The position numbers and the translations under genes were made by a program. The notes under the pieces were generated by a model. That model worked only from the letters and a program-made list of their open reading frames with translations, was not told where the DNA came from and made no database searches. A stretch of DNA of 64,000 nt from Neoechinorhynchus agilis (Eukaryota; Animalia; Acanthocephala): NCBI GenBank assembly GCA_051530055.1, contig CM121341.1:15912784-15976783 (forward strand). The letters are read 5' to 3'. Numbering within the stretch: position 1 is the stretch's first letter; each line of letters starts with the position of its first letter. This document shows, piece after piece, positions 45,701 through 58,293 of the stretch.

Positions 45701-47610
45701 GAGCTCAAATGGATCTTTGATTCATTTGAAATCACTTGTAATAAGTGAAATATGGGTGCGTTCCATGAAGCACATGTTCCGGAATCTCATGACCACAGCT
45801 GCACCGATGACTGAGCATATAGTTTCATTTTTAAACTGTGCTTTGTTTCCCAACCAGGAAATCCGGAAATCAAAGAAATCAAAGTCCCAATCTCTTGAGT
45901 TCATTCAATCGACAAACTGTTTCTATAGAAGGCTCGCATTAATAGCCAGAGTAAGATTCAATTTCCATTGCTTCGAAACGATTTCTAGTTTCAGCCAAAT
46001 GTGCTCTCACTTAAGCCCTTGTCTTGAATTCACAAGTGCTCTTCGTCGTATTTGTCAACAGACTGGAATTCAGTTGTTTACTAGCTACCAAACAGACGTA
46101 CCATTCACTATTGATGACATATCCGGGTTCTTTCCAAGAATTAAGACAAAAGTAATCAAATCTCATACCCTTGATCGAGCTCATCGACTTATTACTGAAG
46201 CCAGACAGGCCGTTTCTGAATGTCAGTTCAGAGCCGCATTCGAAGCAATTACGTGTGCTCATGGAATTCTCACATCCGTCTATGGGCCACTAAATGACGA
46301 AGTGGCGATTTGTCTTAGAATGTCAGCTAGACTCAATTTTATCCTTGGCGAAACTGCAGAAGCTCTTGTGCTTCAGCATCGTGCAACACTTGTGGCCGAA
46401 CGAATTAACGGCGTCGATTCCGCTATGTCTATTCGGGATTATTGCCATCTTGCTCATTATTGCTTTGCCACAGTTGCTCTTAGATTGTTGGAAAAGAATA
46501 AGGATGTCAGCAATGAGATGATCGAGTCTGACTCCGGATTGCCTAATCTAAACGATAAAGCTGCACTTCTGAGAGCCGCGATTAAGTATTCCACTAGAGC
46601 GAGGTATATAGCTTGCATTTCTGGTGGTCAATCTCTATTCCATCCTAAGTTGTTCGCAATTGAAGCGAATTTGGCACTAATGATACAATCTTATGATATT
46701 CTCTGTAGTAGCGACTTAGCTCCATTCGCTAACTCTTATGCGGATAGTGCACTAAAGCGAAGTCAGGCGTTAATGTGTAGGCCGTCAAAGTTATAGGAGG
46801 GAGGAATTCGACACACATGAACACTCGATTAAGGCTTTAATGGCTCGAAACTAAACTTTGTCCTTTTAATAGCAGTCTCACATTGAACTGTTTTAGTGGA
46901 AACGGGAACCTTGTCAGTATTGTGACAATAGCTTTACGGTTAAATTATAAATCGATCCACGTTACTGGTATCCCCATTTATTGAACCTTAGGGGAGTCGA
47001 ACGCGAAATGCCCCGATTTTTTAAAGCAAAGGCATAATTCGTTCTTTAAGTAGTCTCATGGTTATCGCTCCTTAGACATCTTACAACTTCGACATTCTAT
47101 GCGGTATTCGGGCCTAACGCTCCACAAACAGGCCTGATGCACCAAGTCCGTGCTCAAGTTCACTTATGCCAACTTAATTTCCATGAAGCAGTCCAGCACC
47201 AAAAGCATTCTGTTCGAATATCAGAAGGAATTCACGGTCCATCTCATTTTAGGACAGAACATGCATCCGCCAAAATGAAAACGATGATCGAACAAGGAGT
47301 TCTTTACAAAAAGCAAATGAAGCAGCTTTACGGAGATAAAGCGATGGCGAAAGTTTTGCTATCTGGCAAACCGAGTCCATCGAATTTTATAAACCGGACC
47401 ATAATATTACACACTGTTTTGGACATCATGAATAGTATAAACGGTTTTATGACCTTAAAAGACAATGAAATTATTTTCATTAAATTCCCAACATCCCTTG
47501 ATAGTACCGAAAATCCACAAGAAGTGTCGTCTCAGAGTGAAAGAGGCAATTCCGAATCAAATGTTGCTACTAACCGGGAAAATAGCGAACAGGATGCTAA
47601 GACTGAATGA
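42705..47610 (+). CDS. CLUH: Clueless/CLUH/TIF31 mitochondrial mRNA-binding protein; predicted exons 42705-43289, 43859-44792, 44953-46772, 47107-47610 (~1280 aa)
   Basis: YSPRDIRAHV, SGWNPP...HGDLAYL, RDWNEELQASHELP, MFIHNNLFISFGFDVRDHY, QSIIPGIL...YGSVNFGK, GNDGRHYILDL, GLNVRYLG and C-terminal TPRs. All three introns lack a good GT-AG solution. Confidence 0.95.
43290..43858 (+). other. Non-canonical stem-loop intron 1 of CLUH (569 nt; AAT direct repeat; reads GT..AT or AA..AG depending on register)
   Basis: Join gives WDLNSCL (cf. human WKPLQCL spacing from memory); ends pair imperfectly (GTCTTTTTTGAGAATTGCGTT / AACTGTAATTTCTTTTAAAAGTC). Confidence 0.6.
44793..44952 (+). other. Non-canonical TA-flanked stem-loop intron 2 of CLUH (160 nt)
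   Basis: TA|AAACACGGGAATCGTCTC...GAGTCGATTTACCGTGAAATA|GA; the join gives DYGGYRVTVQSIIPG. Confidence 0.8.
46773..47106 (+). other. Non-canonical TA-flanked stem-loop intron 3 of CLUH (334 nt)
   Basis: ~26-nt imperfect terminal inverted repeat starting 2 nt inside each TA; the join gives SQALFGPNAP. Confidence 0.72.
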
Positions 47611-48774
47611 TTGTTTTGTCGTTGATTCTTTTTACTTGAAAATAAGCCTTGAGTTTAAGTTGGCCCGCCTCTGTGCTCATTGCACTTGACCAAATTGCCA
47701 CATAGGAAGTTTCCTACGAAGTATAGTTTTCGAGGGCCATTAGTTCGCCAAAGTGCTAAGTCCGGCGACCAAAAATCTCATTTGGGAATGCTGACTTCGC
47801 TAAAGTACACCCTGGAATTTCGTTTGGAAATCGTTTGAGAATCATTTAAAGTTTGTTAGACTACATTTGAGACGAGACAGATCTGTATATTAAGGTTCGG
47901 ACTAATTGTTGAATCATCACACTTCAAGATTTAGAACATTAAGGGGATTAACAAAGAAAGGCATTTACACTATTTATTGCTTCCCAGCTTCAAAATCGAT
48001 CAGAACGCAGGTTCCTGCACCTTTCGCTGAAATGATTGAGCATTTTCTAAAGCACCCAGAACGCTTTCTGGTATAGTTTCCTAAATTGGAGTTCTGGTAA
48101 CCTCACGTATCGACACATATTTTATTGATACATTTCGAAAAAGGAAGCATCATCAGTCACCTAAAAGGCTCACTGGGCCATACGACTTAAATCTTTTTAG
48201 ATGACCAATGATTCTCCCTCTTTCGAAATTTTTCAATAAAATACGTTTTTTAAGTGTTGTGGACATCTCTTTCACGGCTGGTAATTTTCCTTTCGCACAC
48301 AGTCCACCGATCTGCGTGAGGGAAGTGATTAAATCACCTAGACCACGATCCATTATGGCTAATGACTGATCCGGAGAGATGTACATACTCATAACCGAAC
48401 GGTTGAAGGTTACCCAGATCGGCGGGCTATGTGCCCAAGAAATCAGCCGTGGATGGGACCCGACCAGCCAGACAATACAAAAAATAAGTTTTATATAGCG
48501 ATCACCAGCTAACGATTTTTTCTCAATGATTAGTTTCCTAAAATGTATTTCGAAATTAATATCGTGTTCAACTCGCTAAAAAATGTTGTCCTAACTCACG
48601 GGTCTCGTACACCTTTACAAAAACTCGATATTTCGGTCGACGGCGATCGTGTTCACTGACTGGACAAAATGAGCGGAACATCACCATGAGATCTGTAGCA
48701 AAATGGACATTGACGAAAGAAAAGCGATCATCTGAGGATCGTGATGGTCGAATGCGCTCTTATCTGGCTCTTCG

Positions 48775-49005
48775 ATGCACGATATCTACTATTCTGAAAA
48801 ATATAGGGACAACGAATTCGAGTATCGGCATGTCATTCTGCCCAAGCACTTGGTCGGCCGTGTTCCAAAAGGAAAACTGATGAGCGAGAGCGAATGGAGA
48901 AGTATTGGCATTCAGCAAAGTCTTGGATGGGAACACTATATGATTCACAAACCCGAACCGCATGTAATTCTATTCAGAAGACCTCTGAATTATGGAGTAC
49001 CGTGA
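48775..49005 (+). CDS. CKS1: Cyclin-dependent kinase regulatory subunit (CKS1/suc1), intronless
   Basis: [21 protein letters not shown]...[37 protein letters not shown]: hallmark CKS sequence. Confidence 0.96.
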   Translation: MHDIYYSEKYRDNEFEYRHVILPKHLVGRVPKGKLMSESEWRSIGIQQSLGWEHYMIHKPEPHVILFRRPLNYGVP

Positions 49006-49399
49006 GTTTATCGGATGAAAACGAGTAACGATTTTGTTCGATGCTAAGTGATGTGTTTTGTGTTTAAAAAAGAAGAAACTTGTTTTGTAGGATTATTCTT
49101 TTTGGTATGAATGGCGATATTCGGTCTCATCCTCCAAATTCTACTCATCAAAATTATGGTGGCTATATTTAAATGACCCTCAAACAAATAAAACAATTTT
49201 AATGCACATTATAACAGAGAAAAGTGGTATATCAATTTTAGAGTCCCCGGATTCATTGCTATAAACCTCTAGCATCACTTCTGTTCCGACTTTTCCAACA
49301 TTCGTGGCGCTTGATCCCAATAATCTATTTGTTCGTAACAATCTTTCCCAAACTTGGAACTAGAAGAATTATTTCTCGATTAGGGCTAATTATTCGGCG

Positions 49400-49700
49400 C
49401 TAAAGGCTGTACTTTTTGTGTTCATCATCATGAAATTTCATTTACAAATGCCTCGATCCGTCGCTTTACATTTTCCGACGTCGCGCGATTGAGACAATTG
49501 GTTCCGTCGGACCATGCAACCACAGAATTTTTTAGCAAGGTTGGAAAATCTTTGATAGCAACAACAAAGGACGCACGCTCAGCCAACTATTTTTATCAGA
49601 GAATCAGCGATTCAGAAAGGGAATGCTGAATGCATCCTCGAGGGCGATGGAGGATAAAGATGTTTCACCGTTCCTATCGTAATTTGTTAGCAAAAATTAG
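49400..49700 (+). mobile_element. Decayed CRE-like RLE 3' fragment
   Basis: AIETIGSVGP...FFSKVGKSL...ANYFYQRIS...KGNA remnant; related to 22410-22620. Confidence 0.7.
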
Positions 49701-49921
49701 AGCAGTTTCAATAAAATTTTAAATTTTTGGTTTGATTGGCTATTTATAAAAAAGGGTGAAAGGAAAAAGTACAAATCATTTCTCCCTTCATATTTCATTG
49801 TCTGCGATGAGCGCGAATTTACTTCCTAGTTAATCGTTAAACTTAAATTCAGAGAATGAAATCATGATTGGTGAGTTGAATTTACTTTAAACATAAAAGC
49901 TCAATGTTTGAGCTACTAATT

Positions 49922-50254
49922 TTATTGATTTCTACTTGCCCATTCCAAACGTTCTTCTCTTTCATACTGAAGTTCTCGAACCAAAGACATCATTGCACTG
50001 GTAAGAGATTCCGTTGCAAGGAATAAGTCTTTTCTAAGCGTTTGAAAAGACTCCTTGTTATCGGCGTTTGAACCATGGTCAGCATGACCTTTGTCTGCAT
50101 TTCCTGTAAACTGCTTCGAGATTCCTGCCATCTCTTGGATACTCTGGAACTTTTCCCTTTTTGACATCTCGAAATTTACATCACTGTGGGTAAATTCTGA
50201 AACGAGCAAAAACCTTGTTCTTGCAAGTAGACACGATCGATTCAATGCTGGCAT
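49922..50254 (-). CDS. Unidentified small coiled-coil ORF; its 5' part is duplicated in inverted orientation at ~52035-52255
   Basis: 110-codon ORF with a helical C-terminus; ORF 52092-52316 repeats its first ~55 residues almost exactly. Confidence 0.35.
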   Translation of the reverse strand: MPALNRSCLLARTRFLLVSEFTHSDVNFEMSKREKFQSIQEMAGISKQFTGNADKGHADHGSNADNKESFQTLRKDLFLATESLTSAMMSLVRELQYEREERLEWASRNQ

Positions 50255-52329
50255 TCACTTTGCATTGGGGGAAAACAATCGCATTTGAGTGCGCTTCTCA
50301 ATCATTGCATGCGTTTCATACTCCAACATTATTACATTCGTGCTTGCTTTACGGGCACAATTAAATTCTATGAAAAACACCGAGGTTTTTACATGAAAAC
50401 CCATAAATTAATGTATTGATACAATCAGTAATCTTCGAATTGAGCGCTCAGTTGATGTAGACTAGTAAATCTTGAAATCTTGCTATAAATTCCGATTGTA
50501 TGATGGTATAGAATGTTCCTCATTCTATAAAAAATTCTTAGCTCATTATTGATCTTACAAGATAAATTATCGCAATAAAAAATAGAGAGATATCATCAGG
50601 TGCCGAAAATTGTAATATTTTGCTATTTCGTGGAATTTGTTTCGTTCGCTTTCAGATATCTGTGCGTTTTTTAACGCTATAGATTTAAGTCAACAAATTT
50701 ACATCGGTGAAGTTGTGAAGAAAAACACCAATTCTACTTTAAAGTAAAATAACTTAGAGTGAAAAATTTATATCAAAAATTGTTTAGGGTGATTGGCCAA
50801 CACTTACGACCCCGGTGTGCTTTTTGGTTAATAATTCTTTAAAATGGAGTAGAATAATTATGTCGGTTAAAAATATTGATGATCGCAATTGACGAAAGCT
50901 TCCAGCAACCGGAGGCAATGAAATACGTCCCATTTGTTCCATAATTGTCACGCTCACTCCGGGCGCCTAATCTTACTTGGAGGTCGTCGACCGTCATCCA
51001 CACCGGATCCCTCATCCACCTCTCCGGATCCGCCATCAACTCTAAAGTGATCACGAGGACCCAGAGGTACATGGGCCCTCTTTTTAAACTAAATAAATGA
51101 AACGTGTTGTTGAAATATCGGCCTAATCGTTATAAGCTTTAACAGCAGTAGTCTCTATTATAGCGCTGAGGAAATTTCTCTGTCAAAAGAATTGGATGGA
51201 ACACATATGCTCGTCAATCATCAAAGTATCCTTGTATCCAGCGGCCTACATTGAATTCAAAAAATATCACAATGAATTATACAAGACCGTTCCTTTAACT
51301 GTAACATTCGCGAGTAAACTATGTGTCCAACGCTCCATGTACATTCAGGAGATCTCAATTAAATATAGAAGGCAGAGCTTGTCCGTGAATTAACACGAAG
51401 AAAACTCTTGTTTAGGAAAACATCGGAGTTTGTGTTTATTTGCGAAGCTCAACAATTAAGACGAATAATTCGCCACTTTTCATGGGCGGAAACATCAGTG
51501 CCTTTAAACACAGTAAACTAATCGTAATCCCAATTCATTTCATCGTCCAACAACCTACCCACCTCATTTTTCCATGCTGCCTTATCTTCTCGGATACAAT
51601 CAACCGAGATGAAAATGAGGAAGGACCCAACCTCACAAACTCTCCTCGACGCGAAGAATAAACCACTTCTCCCACCCAACCGAAACCGTAATCCACTCTA
51701 TAATCAACAACCGCATTAATTGAACAAATCAGAAATCAAGTTTTTATAAGGACCCAAAGGTATCCCTGTTTGTCTGTTACTGGTCAAACGTAATACCATC
51801 GGTGTTTTTCACATCCCAAACATAGAACTGCTCTAATGTGCCATTTGATACATTAAGTGGTTGTCTCTACTTCTGAGGTAAATTCAGCGGCGAATAAATT
51901 AACATGAATAATCGCAATTGGATGATTCAGTACTAGGTACGTTCAATTCTGCCATCCAACAATAATCCCTATTTGTCTGTTACTGGTCAAACTGTTGGAG
52001 TAGCCGGGTTTCATGAAAAAACCATCGGTGTTACGCATGCAATGATTGAGAAGCGCACTCAAATGCGATTGTTTTTTCCAATGCAAAGTGAATGTCAGCA
52101 TTGAATCGATCGTGTCTACTTGCGAGAACAAGGTTTTTGCTCGTTTCAGAATTTACCCACAGTGATGTAAATTTCGAGATGTCAAAAAGGGGAAAGTTCC
52201 AGAGTATCCAAGAGATCGCAGGAATCTCGAAACAGTTTACAGGGAATGCAGACAAAGGAGTGACGACGTCATTCACGCGATCGATGATTACTACACTCAG
52301 CGGCGTCCCCTGTTGAACAGCGGAGAATT

Positions 52330-53630
52330 TTATCTCAATGGCTGTGAGCGTGGCGTCCTAGAGAAGGCATTTTCCTTCTCGCCACGAGAATACTGTGACA
52401 CCGTCCGGTCTATGGCCATCGAGTCGGCAAAGATTGCTCGGCTCTAGGATGTTGGCCCCATTCACAGTATTCAGCGCACGACTAAGAATTGCATTCACTT
52501 CGGTGTGTCGTGAGTACCTTCCGCCTGATTGCAGACTGGCGATACCATGGCGTCTCGATGGTTCCACGGTCGCTTTGCAACTGCAGCGATGCGATGTGCA
52601 CATCGGTACCCCAAGTCTCAGGGACACTGCAGTCCTAACTGTCTCGTTCGGAGAGAAGGGTACCCACAGAAGCGACTGGGATAACGTTGAGCCAAGCACC
52701 CGATTCTCTTGTAGAGACTGCAGCCAATGGAGTTTGGTTCACCAGATCACGAGACTCTGAAATTAAGGAGTTATGAATTCTCGCTACCAGGATTGAATCC
52801 CAATCTGATTGTTTGCAATCATTGATGGAGACCTGCTAGCTACCAGAATCCTCCCACGAAAGATTAAGAGCCTCGACGAAATCGACCTCAAAAGGGTTAA
52901 TTCTCGCAAAGAAAAGACTAAATTATTTTGCGGCTTGCTTCATACGATCACAAGTAATCTGGAAGGTAAATATCGGCTGCTTTGCGGATACTCAAACCGC
53001 CGGGCGGCACAGGCAAGGACGCTTGACGCCATGCCTCGTCCGACAGCTGAGTATTTAAAATGTTCTCGAGAGAGGCTTTCACCGTCTCGTACAATTTTGC
53101 CGGTTCTGTGGCAGCTTATACAGCAATTTTGGAATGAAGAGGGTGTTCTTGATCAGGAACAGAGCCTCGTGTGAAGATAATTCATCAACTCGTTCGCACA
53201 GTACCGAAAGTTGCGGTTGAAGATTGGCAATCTTTGCTTAACATTAGAACCAAAAATGCAGTTATTAGAAGACTCAGCCGGTCTAGGGTGATAAATTCTA
53301 TCCCGTGGGATAGGTCCTGAAAATCTTTCACGATAGTTTGCCTGGTCCTTCCACGTTCGTCACTAAAGTCTCGCATTTCGTAGCATTGAATTCAATGCCA
53401 ATTTTCGTAGTCTTCTTCATGGGTGTCTTCAAATAAACTACTCTTTCTTATTACAAAATGTGGTTATTGAACAGCAAGGGAGTTGAAGTCTTATAGGCAT
53501 TGACAAAATGGTGAAATGCTTCTGGTGCGTGATATCCAACTACTTCGAGCAAATCTGCTCGGTAAACTCCGTTGAATGCATTTTTAAAATTTCAAAAATG
53601 CAATGTTTCTTTTTAACTTTCCCGTTACTA
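52330..53630 (-). mobile_element. Decayed CRE-clade element, same subfamily as 36500-38240
   Basis: Antisense ORFs mirror those at 37093-37488 and 37755-38207; CTSHRCSC and RLDGHRPDGV motifs. Confidence 0.85.
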
Positions 53631-53679
53631 AATCAAAGAAATGATGAACAAAAAAGAATAAATTGATAATGTTTTTGAA

Positions 53680-55106
53680 TCACTTGATTTTGGTTCTGAT
53701 TTCGTTCAGAATTGCTCGCAGTTTCATCGACAGTTTCTTATTTTGTTCGATTTCATCACTTAACGTTTTAAGAGATTTTCGCATTTTATCGACATCCAGA
53801 TTTAGAACAAGCTCGTTTACGAGATGATCGACATCTTCACAAAGATTCTTTTGAGAATCAATAAGGAGTGCAACGCGGTCCAAGTGCATCTTTGAGGAGT
53901 CTGTTAATTTAAAATTCTGGCTAAATCCTTTATTGAGTTCAAAATGATCTTTACTTCTCAAATCAGCAAGACTAAGACTTCGATCAATTATATGCACCTG
54001 GTTTGACTTTTTGAGTCCCACTAAAAATCGCTGAATCAGCAACATTTTGTCTTGAACGAATCGACGAGAAAAGAATGACGTATTTCGGGTCGCCTGAGAT
54101 TTAAGCATTTCAATTGGCTCGGGCTCGTGTTTCAGAAGTTCGGAAAGGCTTTGTTCGCTAAGCTTCTGATTAGATTTTATTCCATTTACTAAGGTTTGCA
54201 GATCTTGACCTGTCATGTCCGTCTTATTGCAAGATTCACTTTTATCGAAATTTTTTACATTTTCAAATAAATTTCCAATTTCAACCATTTGCTCAGTCAC
54301 CCTATCTGTGATTGCCCCAAATGCTTCTAATTGATTTGATTGGGGAAACGAATCGCTTTGTTGTTCACAGTGTTCTTTAGAAGTGATTATTGATAAGGAA
54401 ATATGGAAATACGATTTCTGATAGAATTGGTATTCTTTGAGCTAAAAGTCATCGAGGAATAAAATGAAAAACGTTTTTTATAATGACTGACAGAGTAATA
54501 AAGTGTCAAGGATCGGTGAGAAAAGCAATTTGAATCTTATTTAAAAGAATCGATTTGACTTTAAAGGTGGATGATTTTCGCAAGGATTTACGGAACAAAG
54601 CAAAAATTCAGAATTCAGATCAAGCTTGTAATTTGTTTAGTAAATTCGGAATGAATATTAAAAAATGTTAGAAGTTATATATGAAAGGCAACTAAAAAAG
54701 AGCACTGTAATTCCATTTGAAAGTCGTTTCCTTTCCAATCGATTAAAATCTTCTCAAGTCTCTCGTTTCTCAATTTCAATCGTTTGAGAATACCGTTATA
54801 GGCAATACATTCGGCTATATTTTGTTCCATATCAATATTCGGCGCTGTTATTGATTGAAGATCAATGATTGCTCCATTCCACTCGCCTTTGTACAAGCGA
54901 TCAACTATGTAATCTTGAGAATACTTCTTTGTCTCGCAAATCGAAATGAGATGACGAATGACGTTCATGAGAAGATGGTCCCGTGTGATCGATCGGAAAT
55001 CAAAAGATTGAAGAAATCGAATAGCATTATCCAGTAGAGTTTTGTCGCCTTCCAACGATAAATTAACAAGACGTTTTTGAATGTTTGTTTGAGATTCCCC
55101 AGGCAT
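53680..55106 (-). CDS. Unidentified coiled-coil protein, two or more exons
   Basis: ORFs 54675-55142 (ATG at 55106) and 53680-54300 (open upstream to ~54441) on the same strand with protein-like composition; junction unresolved. Confidence 0.55.
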
Positions 55107-55570
55107 TTTGATTTGAAGAAATTTTATCAGTTGAAAAGTCAATGATGTTGAACGAAAGAATTAAATATTGGTTATTTGGCTCTATTATTAAAGAACAGAC
55201 AGTAAACAACGTTATTTCTCTTTTTTCAAAAGACGTTTGAAGAAATACGCCTTCTGCGAAAGATCAATCCATTTGCCTTTACTGCTCTCATATGAAAGTA
55301 AGTGCACAAAATTCCACTTTAATTATTTCGATCAGTAAACTTTCTGAAAGTGTTATCAATCACGTATCAAATAAAGTTTTTTCTTTATATTTAAATACAA
55401 GGGTTCATTGGTATTGCAGATTGCAGCAAGGTCGACTTAAATGAAAAAATTTTGTTTTTAGATTCACAAAGCATGCAATAAAGCATTGAGTGATCTAGCG
55501 CCGAAGAGCAAATTGAAGTTTATTTTACTATTCATTTACAACGATGTTTTTTAGACTGAAGAACGTGTTT

Positions 55571-56141
55571 AATTTTATTAAATAAATTGTTTTTACTGGA
55601 TCTCATTTTGTCGTTCCTCGAACGCTTGCTGCGTAGCCTCTTTGGATCGCGAGGCTGATCCTCTCAATGAGGAAGCTATGTTCCCTGCGATCTCCTTTGG
55701 CGGCAGTTAAGAGGCGGCCAAGTTCTTTGGAGAATTTGCTGGCTGCCGATCCCAAGGCCCCTTGGGCTTCCACGCCGAAAGGAAGGAACTGGTTATGTTG
55801 CTGCAATTTAGCATGCTTTGCTGCTTTCTTCCTTTTAGTCGCCGTCGCAGCACCTCCAGGTCCAGTCATGGCATCTTGTCGATTGGAGGGTGCGAGCGAG
55901 TCGACAAACGTCGCGTCCCAAATCAAACACTTACCCTGTTTCCATGGGAAAATTGTTATTCCGTCGGGACGCTTTCCATTCGAGCGACAAAGATGATTGG
56001 ACTCCAGGATGGTCCGTACGTGTATCGAGTTGAGGGCTCTGCCTATTATTGCGTTGAGCTCCGCGTGTCTTGCTATACGTCCTCTTGATTTTCGCAAAGA
56101 AGGCCATGTATTCCAAATTCATCCACATCAGAACCACATAC
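55571..56141 (-). mobile_element. Duplicated 5'-truncated CRE fragment
   Basis: Mirror of 26690-27260; QRGNAA reads QRGYAA in this copy. Confidence 0.9.
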
Positions 56142-56673
56142 GATGATTAGGTTTGAATGATTTATTTGAATAAATGGGAGATAAAGACTTTGAACATTAG
56201 GAAATCATCCACATCATTGTATGTCTTCTCATATCCATCAATTATTGACTTTCGCCTTCAAAGTCGAGTTGGGTCATCGTTAATTTTTCAGACATTGATA
56301 ATAAAGGTATTAACGATCAACATTATGGTTCCATTGACATTAGCAAACGCTTTCTGGTGCCACTTTGCATGTCCGTATCACAATGTAAAACTTTATTTTA
56401 GTATTCATTTATTATGATTAAATAGCAACTTGGTAAAGCTTCCTATGAATTAAGATGTATAAAGCTAAAATTGGTTATCCATGTATTTTTAGTTAAATGA
56501 GCATTACATAAACGACAGCGATTTGCTTGACTTTGAAATCAGTAGCATTCTACCTCATCTACTCTTAAGACGTTTTTAAAATGGTTTTTTAAGAAAAGGA
56601 TAGAAATAAAATCTCTAAGTACCATAGCAACCATTGGCAACTGATGTTGTATCGACCTTAAATACATTGCCAC

Positions 56674-57973
56674 ATGATTCCTATTAAATTGTTAGATGAA
56701 GAACTTCACTCCATCCGACAGTTTCGCATCTCGGAATTTGGATCAGAAGCTTGGTTTAAGCAGTTTGTTGTCATTTTAAAGACCACCAATGAGGCAGTAT
56801 GCATCGCGAAGTCCGGATCTTCGTTGGATAACGTATCATTGGTCCTTGAAGCACGAATGGAAATTCTACTCCATGAACTAATAACTGCAGAAGTATGGCG
56901 TGTTCATGTGTTTGGTTCAATGATTTCCCATCAAATATATCCGGAAACAATCACGGTTCTCGCTGTTTCCTTCTACTACGAATGCATTCTTGCAAACCTG
57001 TTGGAAACAATCCTATTCCACGCCGAAAATGTTAATCGAGAGGCACTCAAATGTCTTCTTTTAATGAGTATCTCCATTTAAATCACTGAACGAGTCTTCA
57101 GTCGATCTAATCGACTATTGCCACCGATGTCTCATCGTCAACGATGTACCTAAGAGTGTGCCTCGTATGCTTCAAGAGATTTTGAGACAACTTAAAAAGT
57201 TCAGAAAATTAAGAAAAATAAAGGCACTTACAATTATGGGATGTCTCACACAGAATTTACGTCAAATAGGTGTTGCAGCTATTAATAAGATGCTGGTTGA
57301 TTTTGACTTCCCCATGCTAATCCTAAGAGCACTAGATCAAAAGGTCTGGATAGGCGTAAATAAGGATACGAAGGAGGTAAAGGAGTATATTGATGGAAAC
57401 TGGCGTCCGTATAATCCACACAGAATAAACAAAATTGAAGCTCAGTGCTGGATGGCACTCTTTTCCCTGGTCACCTCCTCGGATTTTCTTCAAAAATACC
57501 CTTTAGATGTCGTGCGCATTGAAAGTCTTCAAAAGGCGTGCAATCACCACTTAAATCAATATTTACTGGATCAGCTACCCTTTCTAGAGCATTTGAAGCG
57601 CTTTATATTAGAGTTAAGTCTTATATCACCTACGTCGTGCAATTTAAAACCGTTCCTGATCGTTGATTGCAGCAAGCGAATACTCGAGCAAATCACAAAG
57701 AACGTTGATTGGAAAGAAATCGCTTCATCTGCATGTCAACTTTACCTTTCGAAGGATTCATGTGGGCGGCTAGGAAATGTTCTTGAACAGTGTTCGTTAC
57801 TGTTTTCGCACAATCTTGAATTTAACCAAAAAACAGTTCAGTGCTCATCATGTGGTGCAGTAGTTGAAACATTACAAAAATGCGGACGGTGTAAAATTGC
57901 TCAATATTGCGACATTTCTTGTCAGAAGAACCATTGGGCAATTCATAAACTTATTTGCCGCGAACGAAAATAA
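56674..57973 (+). CDS. ZMYND10: ZMYND10 copy 2; exons 56674-57034 and 57081-57973
   Basis: Translations identical to copy 1. Confidence 0.92.
57035..57080 (+). other. 46-nt TTAA-flanked hairpin intervening sequence in ZMYND10 copy 2
   Basis: GTTAA TCGA GAGGCACTCA...TGAGTATCTC CAT TTAA ATCA; the join gives HAENVKSLNESSVDLIDYCHR. Confidence 0.75.
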
Positions 57974-58293
57974 ATTCAACTTAGCTTCTCAAGGCAAAGT
58001 AATGGGATAAATAGTAGACTTAATCAAAATCGCCATCCAGCAACTAACATAAATCGTGTAACTTCGTAGTCCTTTTCACGGCTCGACAAAAATAATGATG
58101 AGAAGCTGCACCCTTGAATTTATTTGCCGGGCGATATTTGTTGGTCAGCCATATCATCTATACGATTAATGTGTATTTTTGTTTTTTTGACATGAATTTT
58201 CGGTGGTAGTTTTTACTGGTTCAGAGGTTTATACTAATCTTTGATATCTCCATACCGAACAATAAAGAATAAATAAATTTTAATGTTAACTGT

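Noticed and set aside
46800-47050. snoRNA/snRNA nested in CLUH intron 3
   Set aside because: No paired C/D or H/ACA boxes with terminal stems could be identified by eye.
22787-47610. Reading the interrupted genes as MITE-killed pseudogenes
   Set aside because: Five conserved genes carry about nine inserts, yet their exons show no other stops or frameshifts (apart from the 1-nt indel in the duplicate convertase), and every insert has a clean in-frame exit.
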